Assembly (NCBI GenBank): GCA_013265495.1
Contig: MU057930.1
Span: forward strand, 1,566,057-1,630,056
Source: Vicugna vicugna
Taxonomy: Eukaryota
Length of the DNA: 64,000 nt
Direction of reading: 5' to 3'
Shown: in pieces, positions 47,429-60,170 of the stretch
Layout: each line of letters begins with the position of its first letter
Numbering within the stretch: position 1 is the stretch's first letter
Notes under the pieces: model-generated
What the model was told of the DNA's origin: nothing
What the model saw: the letters and a program-made list of their open reading frames with translations, nothing else
The model's database searches: none
Position numbers and translations under genes: made by a program

Positions 47429-49328
47429 ATTAGTTCGTCCAGGCATTACTTGAATGCAGCGTTGCTCGCCACCAACGGACACCAGCTTCCCTCCACTGTG
47501 GTTTCCAGCCCGTCTTCCTGAGAGCCTTGAGAGTGCATGGAGGAGGGAGCCCCGGGGACCGGGCAGAACGCCTCTGAATTTCCTGCTGCATGCATTTGGC
47601 TCGGCGCACGATTCGGTTGAGAGGAAACGCCCCTGCTACATTACAGTTTGCATCTGGGCTCCACTTCACTGCACCACATTAACATACCAGGGGCACATCC
47701 CACATCCACCTGCACGCCGGGTTTCCGTGTCCTTCTAGAATTGTTTGATCTAGGCTCTGTGTATAATCCAACGGCCTATTTTGCAACTCATGAGACTGTT
47801 TCCGATCATCGATGTCCCCACTCCATGGTTCATGATCGGTCAATCAAGATATACGGGTCTCCCTTCATTAGGAAAATTAAGGCATGTTCCCAACTTAAAC
47901 CATCCAAGGGGAAAGATGCATAGGAAACATTTAACCAAAGAACAAATCTGCCATGAAGGGTTCTGGGGATGCCATATGCTGTTTGTAACTGTCAGAGAGA
48001 GACTCGCCACTAGCCTTGGAGGGTCTCCTTGGAGGGTCTGCGTCCTGAAGTCATGTCTCCAAGCCCCGCTGTCAACGGAAAGGCATCACTGATTTGCTTC
48101 ACGTTCTAAAGCAGAAAGTTCTCCTGAGGGTGGCAGGAGAGAAGACACTACGTTTTTTCTTTCTTAATGATGTATTTATTCAGCTCGACTGTAAGAGCAA
48201 TATTTTAAACACCCGCCCCCGTTTTCCCTAGCCAAGGGGTGTCATGTTAACAAGGAATACTAAATCTAGTGGACGGCTGGTTTCTGAGACGCGTCTCTTT
48301 CAAAACCGCTAGATAAAAATAACCTTTTCCTTCTTTGTAAATATTCAGTGGTGTTTCCACCACTTCAGCCCTGGGCCCCACCCCCCACTCTGGAAATATT
48401 AATGACTTAAAATCCTCCGAAGCCACTGTCAACATGTGCACCACGGGGATCAGAATGGATCCTGTGGATAATTGCATTGGAATTGTTGGCTAACTGGACC
48501 TCTCTGACGGATTTTCATTTTATAGAAAAGAGATGTGTGCACACTTCTGCAGACGTGCGCTGTCTCCTATGAGGTAGGTTTGGAACTCTCCGTCTTATTA
48601 TTGCATACACGTCCTTAAAAGAATTGTTGACACAAAATACAATCCATTCCCACCTTCCCCAACAGCATGTTAAAAAAAACACCAGGAACGTGGACATGAC
48701 ACTTATTAAAACGAAGCAAAGAAAAATGGACTTTCTCCATTAAAAAGAACTTAACAGGAATAATTTCGCTTTACAGTCTTCCACGAATGGATTATCGAAA
48801 TCCTCCCACCGAAATGGAGCTTAAATTGACTGTGGAAAATGCGCACGCTTTGCTCACCGCGAAGTGTATGGATTTAGCACGCGGGCAAGTTCGCTCTGTC
48901 TTCCTTCTCCCCTCCTTACTCTGATTACCATGCAAGAATGATCGAAGTGTCTCCGAATCGTCACGTTTTGTTAGCCCCTGCACGGAAGTAGGTGGTGTAA
49001 GCCACAGTCCCACCTTTTTTTTTCCTAGGAGGGTCAGAGGAAGGAAGGGAAGGGGGAAAAAAAGAGAAAGAGAAGAGGCAGAAGAAAAGAGGTTAAGAGA
49101 GGAAAGTAGGAAAGTCTCCAAAAAATAGATTTGCAGAGAGGCAAACTAGACACACCTGCCCCTTGCTGGCCAGACGTGGCATGATTCGTGTGCCCTGGCT
49201 TTGTAAATGAGATTCTGAGATGCGCTGAATGGTTGATGTGGTACCTACCATGGACTCCACATGCCTAACTCACCTGCCCCTGGAGAAGGGATTTCTTCTG
49301 TGTCTGGAAGGCCACATAAGGCTACCTT

Positions 49329-49759
49329 TTTTTAAAAATACATTTTTATTGATGTATAGTCAGTTTACAACACTGTGTCAATTTCTGGTGCACAGCACAA
49401 TGTTTCAGTCATACATGAACATACATATAATTGCTTTCATATTCTTTTTCACCATAAATTACTGTAAGATATTGAATAGAGTCCCCTGTGCTCTACAGTA
49501 TAAGCTTGCTGTTTATTTTATATATATTAGTTAGTATCTGCAAATCTCAAACTCCCAATTTATCCCTTCCCACCCCCTTTCCCCTCTGGTAACCATAAGT
49601 TTGTTTTCTATGTTTGTGAGTCTGTTTCTGTTTTGTGAATAAGTTCATTTGTCTTTTTTTTTTTTTTTAAGATTCCGCATAGGAGCAATCTCATATGGTG
49701 CTTTTCTTTCTCTTTCTGGCTTACTTCACTTAGAACGACATTCTCCAGGTCCGTCATGT
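49329..49759 (-). mobile_element. Camelid L1 3' end with TSD
   Basis: Antisense 3' UTR; TSD CACATAAGGCTACCTT/CACATAAGTCTATCTT (49313-49328, 49760-49775). Confidence 0.92.
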
Positions 49760-50832
49760 CACATAAGTCTATCTTAAATAAAAAAAAACACCTAAAAGCT
49801 TTCTGTTGCATGAATTTCAACTGAACTGCCTTTGCAATCCGGATGGACGTGGAGACAGCAATCCGCCTTCCGACTGGGAGAACTGTGTCTGCTTTAAGAC
49901 GCTCTGGGCAGAGAAAACCAGCCAGGGGCCTCCCCAGCATCGCAAGGTCTCACCGGGGAATCAACTCTGATTTGTGGCCACCGGTGACTGAGCTGGCTCC
50001 CTCTCCATCCCCGCCGTGCACGGGCCTCAGGGAAAGGAGCAGCTGGATTTATTTACAAGGCGATGCTAAATGGTTCTCCCACGCAACAGGAGCACGGCCC
50101 ACTATTCAGTAAATACGATGCAATCTTTCCAGGCTGATGCCTACCTGGAGGCCAGCAGAGTTCTATCCATGAGGAATTCGATTCCTGAGGAGATGATTTT
50201 GAACCGAGGACACCTAACTCCCGAAATAACGGCGTGGATTACAATAATGTATGTTGTGACTCCATCTCCCATTGTTAGAAATGAAATCTCTTTCCCCCAA
50301 AATAAAGATACAGCGGTATCAGATCAAACGTGGCAGAGAAAAGGTAGAAATACGGTGGTCGGGGGACAGTGACAAATGAGCGCAGGAGGTTGCTGGGAAT
50401 TTAGGGGTATAAAGAGCTTGCTTGCCGCAGACATTTCGTGAGTTAGGAGCTCCAGGTGTTGCGTGGCTCTTGAAGTAGGAGGTGACCCTGGATATGAAAG
50501 CATGAATGGAAGTGACTTCAGCCTTCATTTACTTTCCTGTTTAAGAGAGATGACTTCTGCCTCGGTGAACTGCATTAGGGGGCTGGGAGCCCACAAGTTA
50601 AGGATGTGCTGTGTACCCTGAGACTTCTAAGGCACAATCAAAGCAAAGAAAGGGCTCGGCTCAGACTCTAACACTAATTCCTGGGCGGTCTCTCTGCAAA
50701 ACCACCGCCCCGGAGTTTTTGAATGTGAGAAAAATGGGCACGGATTTCAGACCTGTGGATACTCATATGTTCTGAGGTGCAACCATATGCTTCTTGCTGG
50801 AGTTTTCAATCCATTTTACGAGAACGTGCGTG

Positions 50833-50860
<28 letters not shown>
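50833..50860. repeat. (CA)n microsatellite
   Basis: Pure CA run. Confidence 0.9.
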
Positions 50861-50863
<3 letters not shown>

Positions 50864-51339
50864 CTGTTAATGCGTCTATTGTATAATATTTGCTCCAGTG
50901 AATTCTCTTTCTGTCCTGAGACAGACATATGTCTTTAGAAACAATCTTTGCATATTATTTGAATCCACATGGGAAGAAATGCTCAAGGTTGTTACTTGTT
51001 TGTGGGCAATACTGTGTGTCATTCAGTGTTAGCCGAATCTGTTCTGTGGTCAAGTAGCAAAATTGACAGCTTACGGGCAGGATGTTTTAGAGTCTGCATG
51101 GCCCTTGAGCGGTGCATATGTGCAGAGTTATTTTTCAAGCGTGGATCGAAGGCACCTCCTCTGTGTCATGAATCAGCCACGAGGCCCTGGGCAAGTTTCT
51201 TGAGTCCTTCTAAGTCCCTTATTCTACTGTCCGGGGATGCTAGGCAGAGAAGAACTAACATGTGTGACATATGTGATGGACTATCTGGCGATAGCGACAA
51301 TTAAGAAGCAGACGAGGAGGAGGAATATGAAGATATTGA

Positions 51340-51745
51340 AATGCATCGTTCTCTTGGGCAGAATTTCCTAGAGGCAGCACCTGAGGTCAGTGACTTATTC
51401 ATAAAAAAAAAAAGCTTGTATGGAAGCAACTCATGGGAGCAAGACAGGGCAGGGGAAGAAGCGAAGCCAAATCGTAGCTTCAGGTGGACTTGACGTTCAT
51501 CTTGACCCTACACGGAGCTCTGGGAGGTGAAGGTCCATGTCCTACAAGGCAGAGAACAGCCCCCATAACGAGGAAAGACCCAGTCTCCAACGTCAGTAGC
51601 TCCAAAGTTGGGAAAACTCCGGAAGGACGTTTTTCTGGAGAAGAATGACGTCATGTGATTAGCAGGCGACATTCACGGCGGCTGGTGATGATGCGCAACG
51701 ACCCATTAAGGAGGCTCTAGATGGGGTGACCACAGAATCCACTAG
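51340..51745. mobile_element. ERVL LTR16-like remnant
   Basis: TTCCTAGAGGCAGCACCTGAG...GACAGGGCAGGGGAAGAAGCGAAGC...GGAGCTCTGG...ATGGGGTGACCACAGAATCCACTA. Confidence 0.55.
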
Positions 51746-52614
51746 CGTTGCTGGTCTGTCCATTCCGGGCAACTGTTCCAGACGGGGAGCCCTGCTTTCC
51801 ACTAGCTTCAAATAAATCTCAAGATTGCAATTCCTTCATAGTCATGCACTTAGGTTCTTGCTCCAAGAGTGGCTCCCAAAGATTGAAAGTAAACTCATGC
51901 TAACCCAGGGTAACCGGAAACATCGTCTGGCCAAGGACTTGGTCCCGACGGCAAAATTAATGGGAGCGCTGCTGGGAAACTCTGAAGGAGCTGACGGGCC
52001 GTGAGGAAGTGGCGCCAGCGCCCCGGTGGGAGGACGTTTGTTTGCAAGGACTGGAAGTTTTGATTCCCCTAGGGGTTCCATTAACATAATTGGAGGCAGA
52101 ATTTATTCTGTTCTGGTTAAGTGGAATTCAAGGGACTAATTAGATGCTGCCATTCTTGGGACATTAATCTTGGAATTCCCAAGAGCCGCGAGGGGACAGG
52201 CTTCAATATTCTACACCATACACTTCTCCTGTGCTCTTGAGCAGAGGGGTCGTGGCTTCCGTCCCTCTGGATGAGGAATGAATCCACAGTGTATTTTTAT
52301 GCCTTTAAGTAGTGAGACTGTTCCCCGTTTTTCTTCATGATTGATAAATCAGAACCATGAAAAAATGCAGCAAAGAGTACCTCTCTGGGAGATCCGTTGA
52401 CAGTAATTTGCCGGAATGCCGTGATGCCTTGGCTCTTTCTTATGTGACTTGGAACATACATAACAGAATGCAGACTAGTACCTTTTTTTAACATTAAGTT
52501 GCGTTCAGGTCCGTTGTCCCTAATAATGTGTCATTTCATTCGTTTCTAAGCCAACACCCTAATTTAGGTAATATAGGTATTAAATACGTAATATAAAATA
52601 TGTTAATAAAATAC

Positions 52615-53060
52615 AAAAAAGAATAAAATAATGCCATTTACAGCAACGTGGATGAACCTGAGAGAATCATATTAAGTGAAGGAAGCCAGAAAGAGAAACA
52701 CAAATACCACATGATATCACTTACATATAGAATCTTAAAAAAAAATGACACAAATGAACTTATTTAATAAACAGAAAAAGACTCACAGACACAGAAACCA
52801 CAGGGAAAGAGGGTGGGGAGAGGGATAAATTGGGAGTCTGGGATTTGCAGACACACACTACTATATACAAAATGGATAAACAGCAAGGTCCTACTGTACA
52901 GCACAGGGAACTATATTCAATACATTGTAATAGCCTATAATAAAAAAGAATATGAAACAGAATATATATAGAGACATACAAATGAATCACTATGCTGTAC
53001 ATCAGAAATTAACACAGCACTGTATACCAACCGTACTTCAATTTTTAAAAAACTAAAAAT
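52615..53060 (+). mobile_element. Camelid L1 3' end
   Basis: AAGAATAAAATAATGCCATTTACAGCAACGTGGATG...GGTCCTACTGTACAGCACAGGGAACTATATTCAA...TACTTCAATTTTTAAAAA. Confidence 0.92.
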
Positions 53061-55532
53061 ATACGTGAAAGCTAAATTTCCCCCTGCTTCTTGAAACATT
53101 TTTGCAGAAATCCATCCGTTGTTTTTAAGCAACTAAAATGGGAACTATTCTTGACTCTTGTTCAAGAGGAACAAAGAAATAAGTCAGCAGCAGATAGCAC
53201 AGCCAGCGAGCGGCAGACTCTTCTCATAAACGTATCAATGCAAACCAAGAAAAAAAAATTGCCTCCAATTTTATCATTTTTGAAGTGATAAGAATCAAGT
53301 GGCTTGGGTCTCTACCCGGATGACCTGGCTTTTCTCAGAAGTCCAGCTGTAACACTTATGGTCTGTCATGGCTGCAAGGAGCTACCCTGGAGAAATTTCA
53401 AAGCAGAAGGGATGCACAGAACGTGATGTCACGGGGTTGCAAAAAAAATAATAAGTTAGGAGAATGGGAAGGAGAAGGATCAGGTAGGTGTAGGTGAAGT
53501 TGAAAGATGTGTGTTGAGTACGGGTGAAATTCTGTGAGAAGAACTGAAAAATGAAACAGGCAATGAGTTGCTAAAGTATTAAGTCTTCCTGGGGCAATCC
53601 GCATTTTAACAGGTGAATTTTAACTACCTAGCAGCTGAAAATGACCTGTGTTCTCCACTTGAGTTTTGATGTAATCGTATTTCTGGATGGACGTCGGACT
53701 TTGGAGGTATTATTTGGTGTGGCTGGCATTTCAGGTAACACATTAACGAAGTAAGTAAATGGTCATCCTACCTTTGGTGATGGATCTGGGTCCTGAGTCC
53801 GCAGTGACGGGTCTAGAGCTCTGAGACACCAGCACCATAATTAAACCCCCATGGCCAAGGGCAACAGTACGCACATCCTACGAATCTTCCTGGTCTTCAG
53901 AATCACTATGGCATTAAAACAGGCATCACACCTGTGTATAAAGAGAATAAAATGACAACAAGAGGAGTGAATGGGACTACCTCCTGGCTGGGTGCTGAGC
54001 ACACCTTCACACGCCGACGTGCGCCGTCTTGGAATCCCACAGTCACCCCAAACCCCCTGCTGGCTCGTGCAGTGCAAAGCTAGCTCTTTTGTCTTTCTGG
54101 CTAGAAATATGCCGTCATAAAATGTACGCATTTGTCATGCATCTCTATGTTGAGTCAGCAGGCTTAAATTTTGTTCTATAAACGTGTGAATAAGTGAATG
54201 AATGGTTAAAACAGCATACGGCACTGGAGGCCCCTTTAAAAAGCTAGGCTCAGGGATGCATTTTCAGATCCTTACCAGCCGCATGCCTCGGCCACCGAGT
54301 CACAGCTACCCTTTACGGAAGAGCAATCCTGTGCCAAACATGTTAGCTTCATTAGCTCTAATTCTCGCAACAGCTCAAAAAAAAAAAGAAAAAAAAAAAA
54401 AGGAGCGTGTAGTCCACTGGCCAAGAATGCACAGCTAAGCGCCACCGTTGGACTTTGAACCCAAGACTATCTGGCTGTTAAACACAGGGAGTTATCATTC
54501 ATATGCGATTCTCGGGGGAGACAGGGAAAATCATTGCTATAAAAATATATTCGAGACTCAAATCACCCTCTCCAAAGAGGACGAAACACCCAACTGGAAG
54601 GAGTTAACGGGCTTTTCCTTTTCTTGCAACTGCAGCATCTCTTTTGATCAACATTTCTGGGACCTTATTAGTACGGGTCACACTTTGTGTGGCAAGACTA
54701 AAGGGCTATTTAAATGTACAGGTGTGCAAAGCTCCAAATCTCTTTTCTCAACGGCGAAAAGTCGTGCCTCCCACGACAACAGGGACAATCAGCTTCATTC
54801 GCCTGTGTTTGTAAAATACTTTGTGCTTCTGCCTCCTAATTTTTTTTCCCTTCAGTGTATTTCCAGTGGAGAGCAGGAAAAAAAAATGATAAAGTCTGGG
54901 AACACTGCCTGGACTGTTATTAAATTATCCTTGTCTTGTTCATTGATTTACAACCTGTGGGACTTTAGACTTCCAGAGCATTTGTGTTGAAGTAATAGTC
55001 CCAAACTTCCACTCCTGTGTCTGTTTTAAAAAATGCCATCATATTAAAGTGAGATTTCTTTCTGTATTACACATGCTGTAATCACCATGATGGCTCATTT
55101 TGCTTCTAAGTAAATTGAAGAATGAATACAGTCCATAATAAACGAACTTGGAAGTTAAAACCGTGATACCTGAAATGATTCCATTTGTATTTTAAGAGGG
55201 TGATTGTAATTTATTTGCTATTTACCTAATTTTGTCGTAATTCATTTGACTCTCTCATCTCACCCTTATTTTGTTGGACTTCATTTATCGCCTATTAGAG
55301 ACACTGGAATCATTAGGAAGTAATTTGCGCCACAGGCAATGATGAGAAGTTCATATGCTCCAATAAATTATCTTCGTTTCTTCTGAAGTTATACTCAAAG
55401 ATGTATATTATGTGCCAGCAGCCAACAAAGTAAGGAAAAATGCTTTCTTCCAGGAACTCAAAACACAGCTTAGACTGTCTGTTGGAGTTTCATGGTAAAA
55501 AAACCAAACAGCTCAATGGGTTCCGTACCATT

Positions 55533-55595
55533 TTATTTTGTTTTATTTTATTTTATTTTATTTTATTTTATTTTATTTTATTTTATTTATTTTTT
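55533..55595 (-). repeat. (TTTTA)n array flanked by a perfect 14-bp direct repeat
   Basis: GGTTCCGTACCATT at 55519-55532 and 55596-55609. Confidence 0.9.
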
Positions 55596-56724
55596 GGTTC
55601 CGTACCATTGTTAAAGTGTACCCTGGTTGTTTTGTTTTTTTCTGACTCGTTTTCTTTTTTCTCATTTCTCACTGTACTCCGAGTCCATTAGATTAACATG
55701 AATTATACATGTGGTTTAGAGATTTATATAGGACACTGGAGATCTATGTTTATATAATATATATCCTGGAGCAATTCAATACATTTAAAAAGAAGTTAAA
55801 ATTCCATTGATGAATCTGAGTTAGTCTTTATATGCTTGTTTTTTTCCCCTTGATTTCCTAGTTTGCAAAATCACGATCTGGTTCATGATTATTTTGTAAA
55901 AATGATCATTGTGCCTATTTTTAGCGCTGTCATGGACTCATACATGTGATAAAATTTTAATACACGTAAATTACTATCCTTACTCAGGTCAGTGGGGTGT
56001 CATCGTTAGCCAATGGGAACCTACTCAAGTTGGGTCTTGAATTCTTCTGACACCAGCCCAGAAGTCTTGGACAGTTTTGCTTTCCACTAACCACACAACC
56101 GATGAAGGGCATTCTTCTTTGCAGATGACTTCCAAGTGAGAAGCTAAGAAAGATGGGCCCGAGGAAAGTGTCATCACTTTTCAGCCCCCTTTTGAATGAA
56201 TGGATCTCGGCAATGAGCATCCAGGTCTTCTGAGATCCCCCGAGAGAGAGACAGCCACGCCTTTGGTAGAGCACGGTGGGGAGAACTCAACACCATTGAT
56301 GAAGCCAACCCATCAGGGGTCCAGGTCCACCAGTTGGTGGGGAGTACACCCTTGCGGGTAGACGCTGTTCTGCCGTCTCGAGCAGTTCTCAGGAAGGGGT
56401 GAAGCTAAGAGCCAACCGCGGTCAACACGTCCAGCGGAGAGGGGCGAGCATGCCTCTCGGAAGACATGATCCGTTCACCCGTTCACAATTCCACCCATTC
56501 CATTCTACCGTTCCGCGCCCAGCCCCGCCAACTCTTTGAGTCTTGTCCTTCATAAAGGTCATTGCCAATCACTTGTGAGCAACCGTGCCAAACTAAGGAT
56601 GTCCTGAAGGCCACGGGTACAGGATTTTGAGTCCAAAGGAATATGAATGCAAGCAAGCAAGCAAAAAACATGAGTTTGGGGGTGTGATTTTTCACGTTCA
56701 TAGGTTTTGTGGTGCGGCTGAGGC

Positions 56725-56855
56725 TAATAGTCACACCTCCCCTGGTGTTTATCTCAAGTCTGATATAATTCGGGTTTTTTTCTTTCTTTCTTAATAGTCA
56801 CACCTCCCCTGGGGTTTATCTCACATCTGATATGACTCGTTTTTTTTTTTTCTTA
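56725..56855. repeat. Two-copy tandem duplication, period 67 bp
   Basis: TAATAGTCACACCTCCCCTGG(T/G)GTTTATCTCA...TCTGATAT starts at 56725 and 56792. Confidence 0.9.
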
Positions 56856-57635
56856 GGTTTAATCAGGAGGGATTTCAATTGTACACCATACTCTCCCCTC
56901 CAACACCCTCCAGGTACCTGTGACCAGGAAGACAAAGTCCACTGTGAAAACACCACAGAAAAAGCGAATACTGTTGTCACTGTATATTAAATTATAATAC
57001 ACAAGCTTCTGTCCCTAGACCCACGACCGTGTAGACACGCTGTAAATTAAGCTGTTCAAAAGAGTGGCGGTATAGAATTCTAAATACATATTTTTAAGGC
57101 AACTTCACTGTTTCATTATATAAACATAGACATTGTCCCCCCCCAAAATCTGTATTACATTAAAAAAAACCCAAAGGGAAAAGAAAATAATCTTTCTCTA
57201 CTACCTACAAATAATGATTCTTTGTTTGTTTTATTTTTAATAAAATAAATCTCTTCATTTATTTCCTATTGGTTGCTTCGCTGGAGAAGCTTGGTACACA
57301 ATCTGTGGTCTCCTCTCTTTGACAGGGACCATTTGTAGCAATGATCGTGTCACCTTCACCTGCGAGACAATGATTCTTTATTTTTTTTCATTTTCTGCAG
57401 TATTTATTAATTTAAATCTTGTAAATAAATTTGTGGAGTTTATCTACTTCTGGTCTTTTCCAAACATATCCTACACATTTTTGAAATGGGCATTTTTTTT
57501 TTCAATTAATGATATACACAATTTCTCGTTTGCTATTAAATATTATTCTTCATTATCATAACAATTGATGGAATGTTTGGATACATTATGATTTATCTAG
57601 CTATCCATTGCTGCATATTTTTTTAGTTCTTTCTG

Positions 57636-57769
57636 GGTTTTTTTTTGGTGGGGGGAAATAATTAGGTTTATTTATTTAATAACTTTTTTTAATGGAGGCA
57701 CTGGGGATTGAACCCAGGACCTCACGCATACTAAGCATGCGCTCTACCAGTTGAGCTACACCATCCCTC
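57636..57769 (-). mobile_element. tRNA-Ala-derived SINE
   Basis: GGAGGCACTGGGGATTGAACCCAGGACCTCACGCATACTAAGCATGCGCTCTACC; TCTTTCTG on both flanks (57628-57635, 57771-57778). Confidence 0.92.
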
Positions 57770-59174
57770 CTCTTTCTGTCTGTTTAGAAAGTTGAAGCAT
57801 CCATTTTATAAGCTACATGGTAGTAAACATTCTCACTGAAAATCTTCACCCTACCTGCATCATTTCCTAAAGAAAATTCCTAAAATAAATATATCAGCTA
57901 TTTTTTTTTTAAAGGAAAAAAAGTCATGTTGATATTTCTCCCAGAAAGGGCAAGCAACCAAAAAAATTGCAATTCAGCAAATCTCAGCAAACCTGAACTG
58001 GGATACATGACACTTGTCTTGACTCCTAGGAAAACAGAAACTTGAAAAATTGTGGTGCGTTAGCAGAGGCACCAGCTTTTGATTCTTTTGCATGAAAGCA
58101 GTATCTATTATTTTATCTTCTTTTCTCATTTCATGGAAGTTGTGAGAAGATTAATCTGTAAAAATGGATGGAAGGTGTTGGCGGTCTAACTTTCCTGTGA
58201 ACATTTAAAAGGTTAAAAACCACTTGCTATGTATGAGTTTGTCTGTAACAGGAAATTAACTGCTCGCGCAATTAAGGGCACCACTTGGAGTCCTCCGCCT
58301 GACTTTGAAGTGCTAATAAGACAAAATTACTCAGATCCGGGAAAGAAATTAAGAAATGTAAAATGTTAATTAAATTCAGAAATACAGGACTCATAGTAAA
58401 ACCAATGTGCAATGGAAATTAAACAAGGGGAAATATATATATATATATATCCCTGTTTAGATAGCAAGGACAAAGAACCCAAATGAACTACAGAATTAAA
58501 AATACGTCTTTAAAACTGTTTCGGGTGATTCTGCCCACTTTTAATAATAAATTCAGTGATGGCTTCTGAGAAAATAAAGAAGGTTCCAATTACAATAATT
58601 TTGTGGACGTTTCCTTCACAAAACCGAAGTCCTGTCATCGGACCTAACCGAAATGGAAAATCTAATTTATTGTAAGATGTCATTGCGGTGCCTCTTTTGG
58701 GGGATGGAACTGGGTACTAGGATTGCTGAATAATTCCTGACTTCCTTTCCACGAAGGAGAAGCATCATTCAAATTAAACAGAAGTTACAGAGGACAAGCT
58801 CTGCTGGATTATTGTCTCAGGGAAATCGAACCCATGGTAACAATTCCATACATTTTCCAGGCCAATTTGGGTTTTGGCAAAAATTCAAGGGATTCGGGTT
58901 CCTCCCAAATTGGCAGCGGGCATCGCAGTGAAATGGCATTTACTGAAGGCTTCCTGATAATCACCTGGCCACTCTTCTCTCTTCCAAATCAAATTTTTTT
59001 TTAAGTTCCAGCTGGTTGGTCTTTTTTCTTTTTTTTTTTTTTAGTGCTTTTAACACAGTGTGAGCAGGAAGAGAATGCATTACATTTCCTGCTGCCATGT
59101 GTTTCTGTCAAAAAAAAACATTATTGAAGAGGAGGTTGGATTATGTTTTTATTTTATTTTTAACATTTAATAGC

Positions 59175-59311
59175 GGGGAGGGTCTAGCTCAGGGGTAGAG
59201 CGCGTGCCTAGCATGCATGAGGTCCTGGGTTCCATCCTCAGAACCTCCATTAAATAAATAAGTACATAAACCTAATTACCTCTCCCCTCCAACAAAAAAG
59301 AATTTAAAAAA
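59175..59311 (+). mobile_element. tRNA-Ala-derived SINE
   Basis: GGGGAGGGTCTAGCTCAGGGGTAGAGCGCGTGCCTAGCATGCATGAGGTCCTGGGTTCC; ATTTAATA on both flanks. Confidence 0.92.
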
Positions 59312-59924
59312 ATTTAATAAATCTACCAAGATGCACCCCAGCAATGAAGGAGGTGTGTCAACATGTATTGGTTAAGCGTTGTGCCTTTTCAGTGCACACT
59401 CATTTGATTTTTACCTCGATGTCATACGTGTCGACGGCCAACTACTATTTAAGTGTCTGTGTGTGTCAGGAAACCACATTTAAACGAAAAGTATGAAATT
59501 TTGTTGTTTCACCTCTTCTTTCCTTCAAGGTCATCAGATACCGTGCGCGTGGGGACTGAGCCATCCCGCCTCAAGCATTTGTGTTCCTCGTTTATCTCGT
59601 CCTGTATTTTCTCCCCCTCCTTTTCGTTTGCGATGCCAAACACAGGTGTCAGGACGGCTCCGTAGGTAACGGTACGGTCAGCACACCTAGTAATCGAAGC
59701 GGAAAAGGATGGAGGTTAATGAGACTGATGGAGCCGGGTCCAAGAAAATATTTCAGAAAAAAAAAAAAAAAGAAGAGATTTAGAGAGTCAATGCTACAAA
59801 CCTAACACTCTTATCTTTTATTTCTTTCTCTCTTTATTTTTATTTTTTTGGTGCCTCTGAGTAACTCTATATCCTGAACACAAATTTGACATCCCAGATG
59901 AGTGGGAGGGAAGTGGCAGATTCA

Positions 59925-59959
59925 GATACATATACAACAAATATATTATATATATATAC

Positions 59960-59996
<37 letters not shown>

Positions 59997-60170
59997 TTCA
60001 TGTGTCTTATATTTAATATATACAGCAATAGCAATGGTATATCTTTATAGATCTGTCATCTATATGTAACAATCTTATCTATCTCTATAGCAATACATAC
60101 ACACCTATGTTTTATGTGCATGCATACTATATACTTATATGTATGTTTGTATATATGTGTGTATAGATTT
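59925..60170. repeat. (TA)n and TA-rich low-complexity tract
   Basis: Pure TA run at about 59963-59990 inside a degenerate TATG/TATC-rich stretch. Confidence 0.85.

Noticed and set aside
54448..54990. 180-aa ORF in unique sequence
   Set aside because: Starts at TTG, has no recognisable domain and runs through homopolymer tracts; plausible by chance across six frames.
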